From Hyaloraphidium curvatum SAG 235-1 (taxonomy: Eukaryota; Fungi; Monoblepharomycota), in NCBI GenBank assembly GCA_025558095.1, contig JAIVFI010000040.1:186001-250000 (forward strand): DNA of 64,000 nt, given 5' to 3'. The first letter of the stretch is position 1. Each line of letters starts with the position of its first letter. Both the position numbers and the translations under genes were made by a program. Positions 44,328 through 54,866 of the stretch are shown piece by piece. Below the pieces are notes generated by a model. That model saw only the letters and a program-made list of their open reading frames with translations, searched no databases and had not been told where the DNA came from.

Positions 44328-46529
44328 ATGCTCGGCGAGGGCACCGCGTCCCCGCGCGGCCGGGTTGACGCGTATCGCAGGCCACCCGTGCCGGCGCGGG
44401 GCCCCGCGGACGCGCGCGCCCCGCAGAAACGGTCGCCTCAACACCCTTTGCTGCAACTGGATTTCGAGCAGGTGGCGGTGCTCCCGCGGACGCCGTCGCA
44501 CCGCGAGGCCCGCAGTCTGTACGCGCCGGCCGCCAAGCCGTGGGGAGAGCGGGACCGCGGGTCGGACGGGCACCGTGCGGACGCGGGCGACCGGGAGCGG
44601 GACGGCGCGGGCCGGGCAAGGGAGCCCGCGCGGCCAACCGCGGACTACCTGCCGAGGAGCGACTCGGAGAGGGACTACCGGGCACGCGACGAGCCCGTTG
44701 CTGAAAGAAGGCACCGCGCGGACGCGGCGGACTACCGGCCGCGGACCCAAGCGGCGGCCCCCCGCTTGCGCACCGAATCTTCGCGCGACTACCGCCCGAG
44801 GGCCGAGCCCGCGCCCGAAACCAGGCGCAGGAGCGAGCCCGCCGCCGAGTACCGGCTGGAACGGGAACCGCTGCCCGCCGAGGAGCCCTTGAGGAACTAC
44901 CGTCACGAGCGGCCTGATCCCGACGCGGACTACCGCCGGCGCGCCGAGCCGGAAGTGGGCTACCGGCCCGCGGCGGACCCGCCCGGGGACTACCGCCCCA
45001 GGACCATCTCCCGCAGCAGCAGTCGCCACCCGGTTGACGAGGACTACCTCCCGGAACCGGCCCGGGCCGCCGCGCGCCCCCCGCCATCCCGGGAACGCCC
45101 CGCCCGCACCCCGCAGGCGGACGACTACCACCTCCGGCTCCCCGAGGAGCACCGCCGCCCCTATCCCGCGGAAACCTACCGCCCGCGGGCGGAGGCCCAG
45201 TCCGAGTACCGCGTGCCCGAGCGCGCGGACGAATCGTACCGCTCCCCGCGGCGGTACACGGACGGCGACGTGCGGGGATCGCGCGATTTCGGGGCGCTGG
45301 CTCCCCGTGCGGCGAGGGAGCCGGTGCCTGTCGCTGTGCGGGAGCCGGGCTACGCGCGGGAAGCCGCGCCTACCTCGCGGGAACGGGCCTACCGGAGGGA
45401 CCCGTCGCCCCTTTCGCGGGAGCAGGCCTACGCGAGGAACCCGCTGTCTCCTTACCGCGAACCCCCCATTGTTCGCGAACCTGCGCCCGCGCCGCGCGAG
45501 GTGCCGTACTCGCGCGAACCGGCCCCGCTGCCGCGGGAGTACGCCTACGCCCGCGAACCCCTCCCCTTGCCCCAGGATCCGCTTCCCTCCCGCGAGCCCT
45601 CCTACGCCCGCGAACCCCCGCCCCTCCCCCGCGCGCGCACGTACACCCGCGATCCGTCACCCCTGCCCCGCGACCCCTTACCCTTGCCTCGCGAACCGGC
45701 CTACGAGCGCGATCTCGCCCCGGCACCGCGCGAACACCCCCGCGCGACCGCACCCCGCGAGCGTGGCTCCGCAATCTTCTCGTGGGACGCCCCCCCGCGC
45801 GTGCCGGCCTACGCGAGGGAGCCCCCGCCGCCGTCGAGGGCGTCGGCGTCGCCGCCGTACGTGAGGCGGGATCCGTCGCCGAGGAGGGATCCTTCCCCGC
45901 GCCGGAGAGATCCGGAGCCCGTGCGCGAACCGGTGCCGGTGCAGAGGGGGTATCGGACCGCGGCGAGGGAGGTCGATGTGCCTGCGTACCGGGAACCGCG
46001 CGAGCGCGATCGGGAACGGGAGAGGGACGGGGACCGGGAGCGCGAACGGGCGTACCCACTTGACCCGCACCCCCGGCGCGACCCGCTCCTCCAGCCCTCG
46101 GCCCGCGAGCAGCCGGGGAGTAGCTCGGCGTCGTACCTCGTCGGCCCGCGCGGGCAGGTGCACGGCCGGCTTGCGGGGGAGGATTACCTGGTGCGTCGAC
46201 CTGGCTCATCCGATCGGTGGTGGGGAGTGCTGATCTCCCCTTCCGTGCACGAGCAGGACCGTCCGCAGCAATCGTACCGCGCCGACGCCTACAGGGAGAA
46301 CCTCCCTCCCTCCTCCCGCCCGTCGGAACCGACGACGGTGGCGTACCTGCGCAAGTACGGCCTCTCCTCCACATCGCCCGAGCCCGACGACCGGCCCCGC
46401 CGCGCGGTGCAGGGGTACGGGGCGGGGAAGCCGCCGAGGGAGGAGGAGTTCACGAGGGTGCTGGACGTGGAGAGGATCAGGAGGCTGCCGAAGCTGCCGG
46501 CGGTGGACGGCGGGAGGGGGTATTACTAG
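44328..46529 (+). CDS. Low-complexity R/E/P/Y-rich protein with C-terminal STAN-like and TIM-like motifs (STIL/Ana2 candidate)
   Basis: TTVAYLRKYGL and VLDVERIRRLPKL near the C-terminus; internal REP/YAREP repeats; probable in-frame intron 46191-46256. Confidence 0.6.
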   Translation: MLGEGTASPRGRVDAYRRPPVPARGPADARAPQKRSPQHPLLQLDFEQVAVLPRTPSHREARSLYAPAAKPWGERDRGSDGHRADAGDRERDGAGRAREPARPTADYLPRSDSERDYRARDEPVAERRHRADAADYRPRTQAAAPRLRTESSRDYRPRAEPAPETRRRSEPAAEYRLEREPLPAEEPLRNYRHERPDPDADYRRRAEPEVGYRPAADPPGDYRPRTISRSSSRHPVDEDYLPEPARAAARPPPSRERPARTPQADDYHLRLPEEHRRPYPAETYRPRAEAQSEYRVPERADESYRSPRRYTDGDVRGSRDFGALAPRAAREPVPVAVREPGYAREAAPTSRERAYRRDPSPLSREQAYARNPLSPYREPPIVREPAPAPREVPYSREPAPLPREYAYAREPLPLPQDPLPSREPSYAREPPPLPRARTYTRDPSPLPRDPLPLPREPAYERDLAPAPREHPRATAPRERGSAIFSWDAPPRVPAYAREPPPPSRASASPPYVRRDPSPRRDPSPRRRDPEPVREPVPVQRGYRTAAREVDVPAYREPRERDRERERDGDRERERAYPLDPHPRRDPLLQPSAREQPGSSSASYLVGPRGQVHGRLAGEDYLVRRPGSSDRWWGVLISPSVHEQDRPQQSYRADAYRENLPPSSRPSEPTTVAYLRKYGLSSTSPEPDDRPRRAVQGYGAGKPPREEEFTRVLDVERIRRLPKLPAVDGGRGYY

Positions 46530-48000
46530 CCCGCGTGGGCGGGCGGGGGCCGCGGATGCGGTGGAGGGCATGCTGGTGTTGTTGTAGCGTCGGTTTGGGG
46601 CAAGGCTAGGTGCGATTGATGTGTGATCTTGATGGGGTCGCGGACGCCTCCGCCTCCGCCTCGGCCTCGCCGAATCGACCGATTCCACGCCCGCGAACTG
46701 CAATTGCATGCACTAAAGTTGCCGAACGATAGAGGAGAGGGAATTGGGGCGTAAGCCTCGATGGGGAGGAGGCCGTGCGAGCAGCTCCAGCTCAGTCAAG
46801 TCGCGCGCCTTTGACCCCATACCACGGCCGCCGCCGGCCGATTCCGACCTCCTGCGCACCATCTCCCCGCCAATTCGTTCGATTGCCGCCGTTTCGGATG
46901 CCGTTGCGCCGGATCCGGCTCCCCAGGAGGAGCGCCTGAAGGTGGCTGATCGCGGCACCGGGTCGGTCGGGCGGTCGAGGCGCCCGGGCGTCGCCTGGCG
47001 GCCATCCGCCTCCGGGGTCCAGGGAGACAGTGGGAAAAGCTGGAGAGCAAAGAAGATCGGGGTTCCACGGCGCTGGGAGCAGTCCGCGGGGACGAAGCCG
47101 CGGAAGCCGCCTCCTTTGCCACATGTGAAGAGCGCAGGAAACTCGAAAATGGCCCCGTCGATGCTGGAACGGCGCCGATGGGCTCGTGAGGTGGGGGATC
47201 GCACGTACGGATTTTCTCGCCACCGAACGGGGGCGCCCGGGCCGCGGATCGCGCCCCCGGGGCGGGTCTCCGGTGCCGTGCGGTTCGGGAACCGTGCCGA
47301 CGACGCAACACCATGCACGCGAGGAAACGAATCAGAGCCTGTGCGAGCACGGCGGGCATGAGGGAAGAACTGTGCGGTTCCGTAGCGGCCGAATAAAGCC
47401 AGAGCGGCGTCGGCCCGTGCTCAGAAGTGCGGTCCCCGGTCGGAGCGTGCACCGGTCTCCTGGCTTTCCGTCCTTGAGGAGGGCTTCAGTTGGCCCGGCG
47501 GGTGCGAGATCGGCCTCGGACTTGCTCGACCGGTGCCGGGAGACCTTTCCTATGCGTGGGAGGCATTCCAACGGCGGCATCCCATGCGGCGGCCCGGGGC
47601 GGGAACCAGGGCCCGATCGGACGCCGCTTCGGCCGATTCCGACGCGAAAGTGCCCCAGCGCCGGCCGGGGGCGGATGCCTGATGATGCTGGCGGTCCCAG
47701 AGTGCCGAGGACGAAACTCTCCAGATCGGCAGGCCGTGACTAACGGGAAGGGACTTTGGTGGTCGGACGGTGCGTCACGGCCCGGGCTGGTGCGCTCCAA
47801 AGCCAAAAGGCGCGGGCCTGCCCCCCACTCATTCTCCTCATCACAGCTGCAACGTCGAGCAAGACCTCCGTTGGCAACTGTGACAGGGCCAAGTCGCCCC
47901 AAGAACCCCTCGCAAGTCAAGCAAGTCGTCTCCGGCGCAGTCGTCGGCAGCGTCTTCTTCGCAAGTCAAGCTTCTCGTAACCGAAGGAAAACCATCCACC

Positions 48001-50642
48001 ATGGGCTGCGGGTGAGTGGCGCCGCGCCGCCCCCGCCCGCCGCCGCCCGCGCTGCTCCCGCCGGGGCGACCGCGGGGCCGCCGGCGGCCGGGCGGGGGCG
48101 CGCCCGCGGGGGACACCCCGCCCTTCTCCGGCCGGCCGCTGATGCGTCCCGCCGCCGCCCCCCGCCAGAGACACTATCAAGGCCAAGGTCATCGCCCACT
48201 ACACCGTTGACGTGAGTTGACGGCGCCCCCGCGGCGGCCGGACAGGCCGCCGCCGCCCCGCCCGTGCACCTGTGGCTGATCCACTCCCCCCCCCTCCCCG
48301 CCCCCTCCTGCGCCGCCGTGCCCCTTCCCGCATCCAGAAAAAGCCTCGGGACCCCAAGGCTATTGAGGCGGACCGCTGGTTCGCGTTCCCGCCCTCGTAC
48401 TACATCAACGAGAAGGTGCGTGACTCATGGCTGCTGGCGTGCGTCGCGGCCGCTCCAGCTCGCTGACGGTGCATTCCCCGCATCCGCATCGCATCCTTCC
48501 AGATCAATGGCCAGGGTGGCCAGATCTGCCGCATTCCCTTCAACCGCTGGGCCCTCATGCCGGCGGCGGTGATCATCCAGATGTGTGTCGGTACCTTCTA
48601 CGCCTGGTCCGGATACAACGCGGCCATCGACACCACCATCAACGGCAGCGCCGCCGCCGGTCTTGCTCCCAACACGTTCTACAGTGAGCATCGCGGGCGG
48701 CGTCGGATCGGCGTGCCGTCGCTGATCACTCGCCCCAGTCGCCGTCGCCTGCTTCGGTCCCTGCGCTGCCGTCTTCGGTCCCTGGATGGAGCGTGTCGGG
48801 CCCCGCACCGGTGCTTTCCTCGGTCTTTCCATGTACTACATCGGCCAGCTCCTCGCCGCCGTCGCCACCGTGACGAAGCAGCTCTGGCTCCTGTACATCG
48901 GCTACGGCATCATCGGTGGTGCTGGTCTCGGTGTTGCGTACATTTCCCCCGTGTCGCCCCTTCAGAAGTGGTTCCCCGACTGGTGCGTGCTCTCTCGGCG
49001 CTTCCGGGTCGCATGTTCTGATCCGTCTCGCGCAGGCGTGGCCTGGCCTCCGGTCTCGCCGTCGCTGGCTTCGGTGCTGGGTCGATCATTGCTCCCTTCG
49101 GTCAGAACGCGCTGATCCAAGCCAACGGCGGCAACCCCTGGCTCGCCTTCGTCGTGCTCGGCTCCGTCTACTGGGTCATCTCGGTGCGTTCATTGCATCG
49201 ATGCACGCCGACCGGCCGCTGACCTTGCATCTCCAGATGACCTGCGCGCTCGTGCTCCGTATCCCTCCCCCCGGCTACACCGTCAAGGGCATGACCGTCG
49301 ACACGATCAAGGGTGCCGACGCCGCTCTCAAGTCCGACGCCACCAAGGCCGCCGACGCCGCTGCGGCCGAGGCTGCCGTTGCCGGCCCCAAGGAGGAGAC
49401 CACCACGACCCTCGTCGAAGCCGCTGCTCTTTCCAACAACGCTGCCGAGGCCGAAGTCGCTCAGGTCGCCGCCAAGGTCGACATCGAGGCGCCCGCCCCT
49501 GCGCCCGCTGCAGGCGACATCAAGGTCGAGACCAAGGCCCGCACCCCCATCGAGATCCTGCAGAGCATGTCGCTCATCGACGCCGCCACGTCGTTCGAGT
49601 ACCGCCTCATGTACATCATGCTCTTCGGCAACTTGATGCTTGGTGCGTCGCATGCCCACTCACCACCTGCATGCGTACTGATGCATCCCCCGCAGGTCTC
49701 ACGACGATCTCGAAGCTGCAGGACATGTGCAAGAACCAGTTCGGCCGCTCGCCCACCGAGGCTGCCACCATCAACTCGATCAACTCGGTGTTCAACCTCG
49801 GCGGACGTGTCGGGTTCTCGCTCCTGTCGGACAAGATTGGCCGCAAGTCCGTCTACCTGATCACTCTCGGATCGCAGGCTATTATCCTTGGGTTCCTGCC
49901 CCTGGTCTTCAACAACCTTGTGCGTCTGCCGGGCGCGGATGCGCCGCGCGGCCGCTGACCCCCCATCCCCTTCAGGTCTACTGGGCCTTCCTGCTCTGCA
50001 TCTTCATCGTCTCGGCCGCCTACGGCTCCGGCTTCGGTGTCATCCCCGCCTTCCTTGCTGACATGTTCGGCGCCAAGAACGTCGGTGCCACCCACGGCAT
50101 CATCCTCACCACCTGGTCCATCGGCGGTGTGGTCGGCGTGCTCGTCTACAACAACATCCTCAACGTGCGTGACGCTGGGGGGTGTTGCGGTGATCGGAGC
50201 TGACTTTTGCGCGTTTCCGACCCCGGACCGCCCCCGACCCCTCCCGCGACCCCCCCAACAGTGGCAGGTCAGCATCTACGGCAAGAATGCACCCAACGTT
50301 TACAACATAAACTTCTACGCGAGTGACGCCTTTAGAATTTAGTTTTGCGATTCTGACCGGCGCTCCCTGCAGTGGCTCCTGCCCATCGCCATCATCGGCT
50401 TCCTTGTCACGCTCCTCATCAGGACGAACATTCGGGACCGCATCCTCCCGCGCCAGCCCGGGGAGATTGCCCGTATCCGCGTCGGCCGCTCGCTCACCTT
50501 CTGGAAGTCGCCTTGCACTTTCGAGCGCCTGTCGAGGGATGCCGAGGACAAATTGTGGAACGACTATCTGATGTCTCAGGTGGGCCGTTGTACGCGTTGA
50601 TTCCTTCATCCCGTGCTCATTCCGCACCTCCAGGGCATGTAA
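48001..50642 (+). CDS. MFS transporter, oxalate:formate antiporter (OFA)-like, many introns
   Basis: FNRWALMPAAVIIQMCVGTFYAWS; YISPVSPLQKWFPD; FNLGGRVGFSLLSDKIGRK; YGSGFGVIPAFLADMFG; last exon GGCATGTAA. Confidence 0.95.
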
Positions 50643-50795
50643 ACGTCCGGTTTCCGTGTTCGAGAGGTCGTTTTCGGGTGTTCTGTTCAAGGGTGATGTT
50701 AAGCGGCGCCAGCCGAAGTTGATGTGTAGACAAGCTCTCGGGCTTCAAAGTTGTTTCAATCAAAGGGCGATATGGGGGATTTCGAACTAGTTGAC
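50600..50795 (+). repeat. Degenerate direct repeat, copy 1 (MFS last-intron end, last exon, 3' UTR)
   Basis: ATTCCTTCATCCCGTGCTCATTCCGCACCTCCAGGGCATGTAAA... aligns with the sequence from 54342. Confidence 0.8.
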
Positions 50796-50986
50796 TTGTC
50801 CACAGAACGGCTTGGAGGTTGGGTGGTGGTGGGACGGTTCGATGGACTCCCTTGGTGGGACCGAACCATATCCCCTCGAGCTCGTTTCCCCAGCGTGCTC
50901 GCCGCGGTCCCCGGCTGAGCATGAATTGCAACTAGTTCTAACAGCCGTCGTCGCGTCGCTGGTGTTTCATTCGGTTGCAATTCGCC

Positions 50987-53399
50987 ATGGCGGGCGAGAA
51001 GCGCGGTCCCGACGCCGAGAACTCGGGCGGCCCTGAACAAGGTCCAAAGAAGGTTCGAGGAAACGATGACGGTCGGTCCGCGCGTTCTTGGAGATCTACT
51101 TTGGTGTCGGACGCTGACTGCTCGCCCTGTGCCCGCCACATGGCCGTCTTGCTTCTCGCAGCTGTCGCGGACACCATTGCTCCCCCTCGTTTCATTGCCC
51201 TGACTTCCAAGAACGTTACGGATCTCAAGAGGCAGTTCCGAACCAGCAAGAACGTTACCGAGGCCGGCATTGGCGACATGGAGTTCGTTTTGCTCGACAA
51301 CGCCAGCGCGACCGACAGGTCATGAAGATTGAAGACGTGCGCAAGATCTGGCAGGACCACAAGGCGCTTGGCCCTCAGAACCTCTTCATCGCCATCTGGT
51401 CCCTCCTTGCAAACACGCACAACCTGATTTGGACCGGTGCAGACTTTGAGCCCCCCGAGCACCACAACCTGGAGGACTGGGCGTCGCTCCCGGAGCCCAG
51501 GGCGCTCGACCGGGCCCAGATCGAAGAGCTGGCAGAGTCCCGGAACGTGCTCAAGAGTTCGGTGCTCGAGAGCGAGGTCATCCTGCTGGATCTCTCGGCG
51601 GCCAAAGACGACGGCGTGGTCACGTACAAGTACGACATCCTCCCGCACATGCAGTCCCGCGTCACTGCGGACATGGGAGCCGGCGGCGTCACCATCCCGC
51701 TCGTACAGGCCGTATGGGAACTGATGCGCAACCAAGGTCTTCTGGTCGGCGGTTTCGATGCCGAGGGGTCGAGGAGCCGAGCCATGCGGTCGTGGAAGCG
51801 AGAGGGCCGGGAAGACACTGATCGAGGTAAGTGTGCGCGAGGGGATCGAGTTCCCGAGCTAACAACCCACGTCCTTTGCAGACGGCTTTGTTGCCGACGA
51901 CAGCTTGCGCCCCGAGCTGGTCGAGATCGCCAAGCGCCGGTATTTCCAGCCCGCGACGGTCGCGGCCGTCGAGCGCATCCTCCTAGAGACGGCCGCCAAG
52001 AACAACGGTTTCCTGGGTCGGAACGGAGCATACGCGGCGGTGGCGGATGCCAAATTGCCTGCGGACCCCACACAGCCCCTCATCCACGACGTCCTCGTGC
52101 TGCTTCGCAATGCGGACCCGCCGCTCCTGCAGAGCCCGCCTTCGGGAGGTAGTCACACGACGGTCGACTACTCTCAGTTCCCGTTTCCGATCTGGACCGA
52201 GGACAATTTCTTTACGGGACCGGATCGGACGTTCCAGTCTGAGCTCGCCCTTTCCTTCGTGGACAACATCTTTGAGCGCGTGGTGGCGGCCCCCAACGCC
52301 GAAATGGGGAAGCTGCGAAGAACTTTCGACGCCGAGAAGCTCCAGCTGCTCGAGCTGCGCATCGCTGGCACGCGCACAATCCGCCTCCATGAGTTGGACA
52401 ACGCGGATCTCTCGATCAGGAAACCCGCGCGTGCAGCGCTGCTCGAGGTCATCAAGTCCTTCATCGACCTTTGCCGCGACCTGGGCAACAGCCAGATCCT
52501 GTTCGTGCTCACGGCCAAGGGGCGCAAGGTTGCTGCTCGGCTTGTCCAGCTGAACAAGCGCATCGGCCGGCTGCGTGAGCCCGAGAACGATCGGAGGGCC
52601 GCTCTCGGCATCACGTGCGCCAAGGCGGTCGTCGCGGAGTGCGAGCGACTCCTGGCCGAGGGCCGCGTGAATCCGCCGCTCAGGCCCATGTACGCGGCCA
52701 CTCCCGGTGGCTTCACGCCGATTCAGATCTATCCTTCGGGCTTCCAAGTCGACGGCTTCTTCCAGGCGCGGATGCGCATCTCGAAAACCATGCGGCACGG
52801 CGAAGACGGCAGCCAGTACCGGTGAGGCTGGAATGCGCTGCACCAGACCCAATTGATCCTCACCCGCATCACTACAGGATCCACATTCTGGACGAGATCG
52901 AAGATTTGATCCGGTACATCTACGGCTTTTGCTCCGGCCGCCTCGAGCTTGCCTGGGCCGAGAACAAGGAGTACCACTCGTGGGACGAGGACGCGCCGCG
53001 TTTCCGCCCTTTCAAGCGAAGTTCCTTCGTCGACGGCGTCGACCGCTATGCGTTCGTCATTGCGCAGGAGCTCAAGCAGTTCATCGTGGCCGACGGTGAT
53101 CGGGCTGCCTGGCGTTCCGGTGAGGTTCTCTCTTTCATTCCTCACGGCCATACTTCTGACGCAGTTCCATGGTAGACGCCACCATGGACTCGATTGGCGC
53201 TGCGATTCTCCCTGTCTGCAGCGCGCTGCCGCAGTTCTTTGCGTCGTTGCAGAAGAAGGAGGACGTCGTCATGAGCGAGCCCGGGGACGAGATCAAGCAG
53301 GAGGCGCGTCACGTGAAGCTCGAGGACGACGGCGCGGACGACATCATCGAGATCCTGGACGACGACGAGGAGGAGGACGACGATCTCATCGAACTCTGA
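50987..53399 (+). pseudogene. Orphan ~700-aa spliced gene with three internal repeats; one frameshift near 51318 (pseudogene or sequence error)
   Basis: Canonical introns; GC3 bias; repeat E.(I/V)LL..A...(P)L...(V/I)W.LL.N three times; acidic C-terminus DIIEILDDDEEEDDDLIEL. Confidence 0.6.
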
Positions 53400-53586
53400 G
53401 GTGCGGCGGGCTTCGCTTGCTGGCAATCAGCTTCTGACGTCCTTTGGCAGCACACGACTGTTTCGCACTGTTCTATGTCACCAAGTTCGATTGCACCCAA
53501 TACTTTTCCGACGCTGATTGACGTCTATGTCTCCCGAGGATGAATGTAATGATCGTACTGCCAAACGCGCTCGCTTCGAGCCAACA

Positions 53587-54155
53587 TCAATGGCCACTGT
53601 CGTCCAGTCTACAGTCGAAACATCTACGCCTTCGGCTTCTTGACGGGGTTGTTTTGGGGGTTCTCGGGTGAGACGTGCCACCTTCAAAGAGATCGATCAG
53701 CGCTTCCCACGAACGGCACGAGCGAACCAACATCTCAACAATCCTCCCGAAAGGCCTTTTCAGCTCCGGCTCCTTGTCCTTGAGGATCTTGAGCTGTTTC
53801 TGCTGGAACCTGAACGGCATGGAGGAAGGAGAGTCGGGTCAGTCTCCATCACCGATCAGCAGATGGTGGAAAATCACGCCAAGAACGGGTGGCTATCGAC
53901 CACAATTGGAACCGATCGGGGAATAGACGACGGTCGTGACGCGGCCAGCGAGTCGTGGCAGAAGGGTGTCAGTCAGCCATCGCAGGCCTTTCCAAAGTCG
54001 GCCAGAGGAAGCTTACGAGTTTTTCTTGATCTTGACGTGGTTCTTCTTCGACGAGGTGCCTCCGAGACGCACGATTTTGTTCGGTCCGGCGTTTTCCATC
54101 GCGGAGGCGTGAGACCTCTCCAGGTGGGGTTCAGGGGCGTCCAAAGCAGGCGGCA
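53587..54155 (-). pseudogene. Degenerate spliced gene fragment with Lys-rich exons
   Basis: MPPALDAPE...KKNHVKIKKN|GTAAGC donor; CAG|FQQKQLKILKDKEPELKRP; no complete model. Confidence 0.3.
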
Positions 54156-54341
54156 TTCGGCAAAGCACTTTGAAAAGGCTCTTGCTAGCCACCAACTTGG
54201 GGCGGGTAGCGCCGCAGTGTGGTGTTTCGCGGGTGGGAGGGGGGGGGAAAGGACCGATGATTCGAAAGCACCCCAAAGCAAGTCCGGACGATCGTAAGAC
54301 TTTGATGCCTACCATGCTGTACAAGGAGCAAATCTGCAACT

Positions 54342-54520
54342 ATTCCATCATCCCGCGCTGATCTCCGCACGTTGCAGGGCATGTAAAACGGCTTCCGGAC
54401 GTCGAGTGCTTGTTTCCGGGTCGCGGTTTCCGTGAAGTGTTGTCGATAGACCAAACAGTCGGCGAGTTCGTTCGTTCGAGCCATGTAAAAGTGTGGGGGT
54501 TTCTTTCGGGGTTTGACATA
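54342..54520 (+). repeat. Degenerate direct repeat, copy 2 (duplicate MFS acceptor, GGCATGTAA exon and UTR)
   Basis: ATTCCATCATCCCGCGCTGATCTCCGCACGTTGCAGGGCATGTAAA...CGGCTTCCGGACGTCGAGTGCTTGTTTCCGGGT. Confidence 0.8.
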
Positions 54521-54866
54521 AAGCAGCGTTACACGGGGGAACCTTTGCTCGCGCCGTCCGTCCGGGTGGAGGTGGAGGAGGGAGAGGGAGGTGGTGAGGC
54601 GCCGCCCACAAGTCCAACACCGCACGCCCGCCGCCTTCCTTCCTCCTTCCTTGTCAATGTTGCCTACTGCAAGGAGAAATACGGCGAGGTGCTGCCATGG
54701 ATGGCAGATCGGACGGGATCGGATTGGGTTCTCACGGACATGTCCCACCTAAGCCGTTCGCCAATCACCATCGATTCAACCGTGCCAAAAGCTACACTCC
54801 AGCCCATCCATGCCCAAGATAGATCCGCAAAGGCCGGTCGATCCTGGCGTCGCACCACTTGAAAGG

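Noticed and set aside
46700-48000. Multiple 100-240 aa ORFs
   Set aside because: No motifs or codon bias; most likely the MFS upstream region
53161-53175. Apparent premature stop or frameshift after the last intron of the orphan gene
   Set aside because: The CAG is too close to the branch point; the TAG acceptor at 53173-53175 restores the frame
54185-54748. Minus-strand ORF with GIY-YIG-like LVY..F..TR.QAL text
   Set aside because: It overlaps the duplicated MFS 3' UTR and has no GIY/YIG motif, so the resemblance is chance
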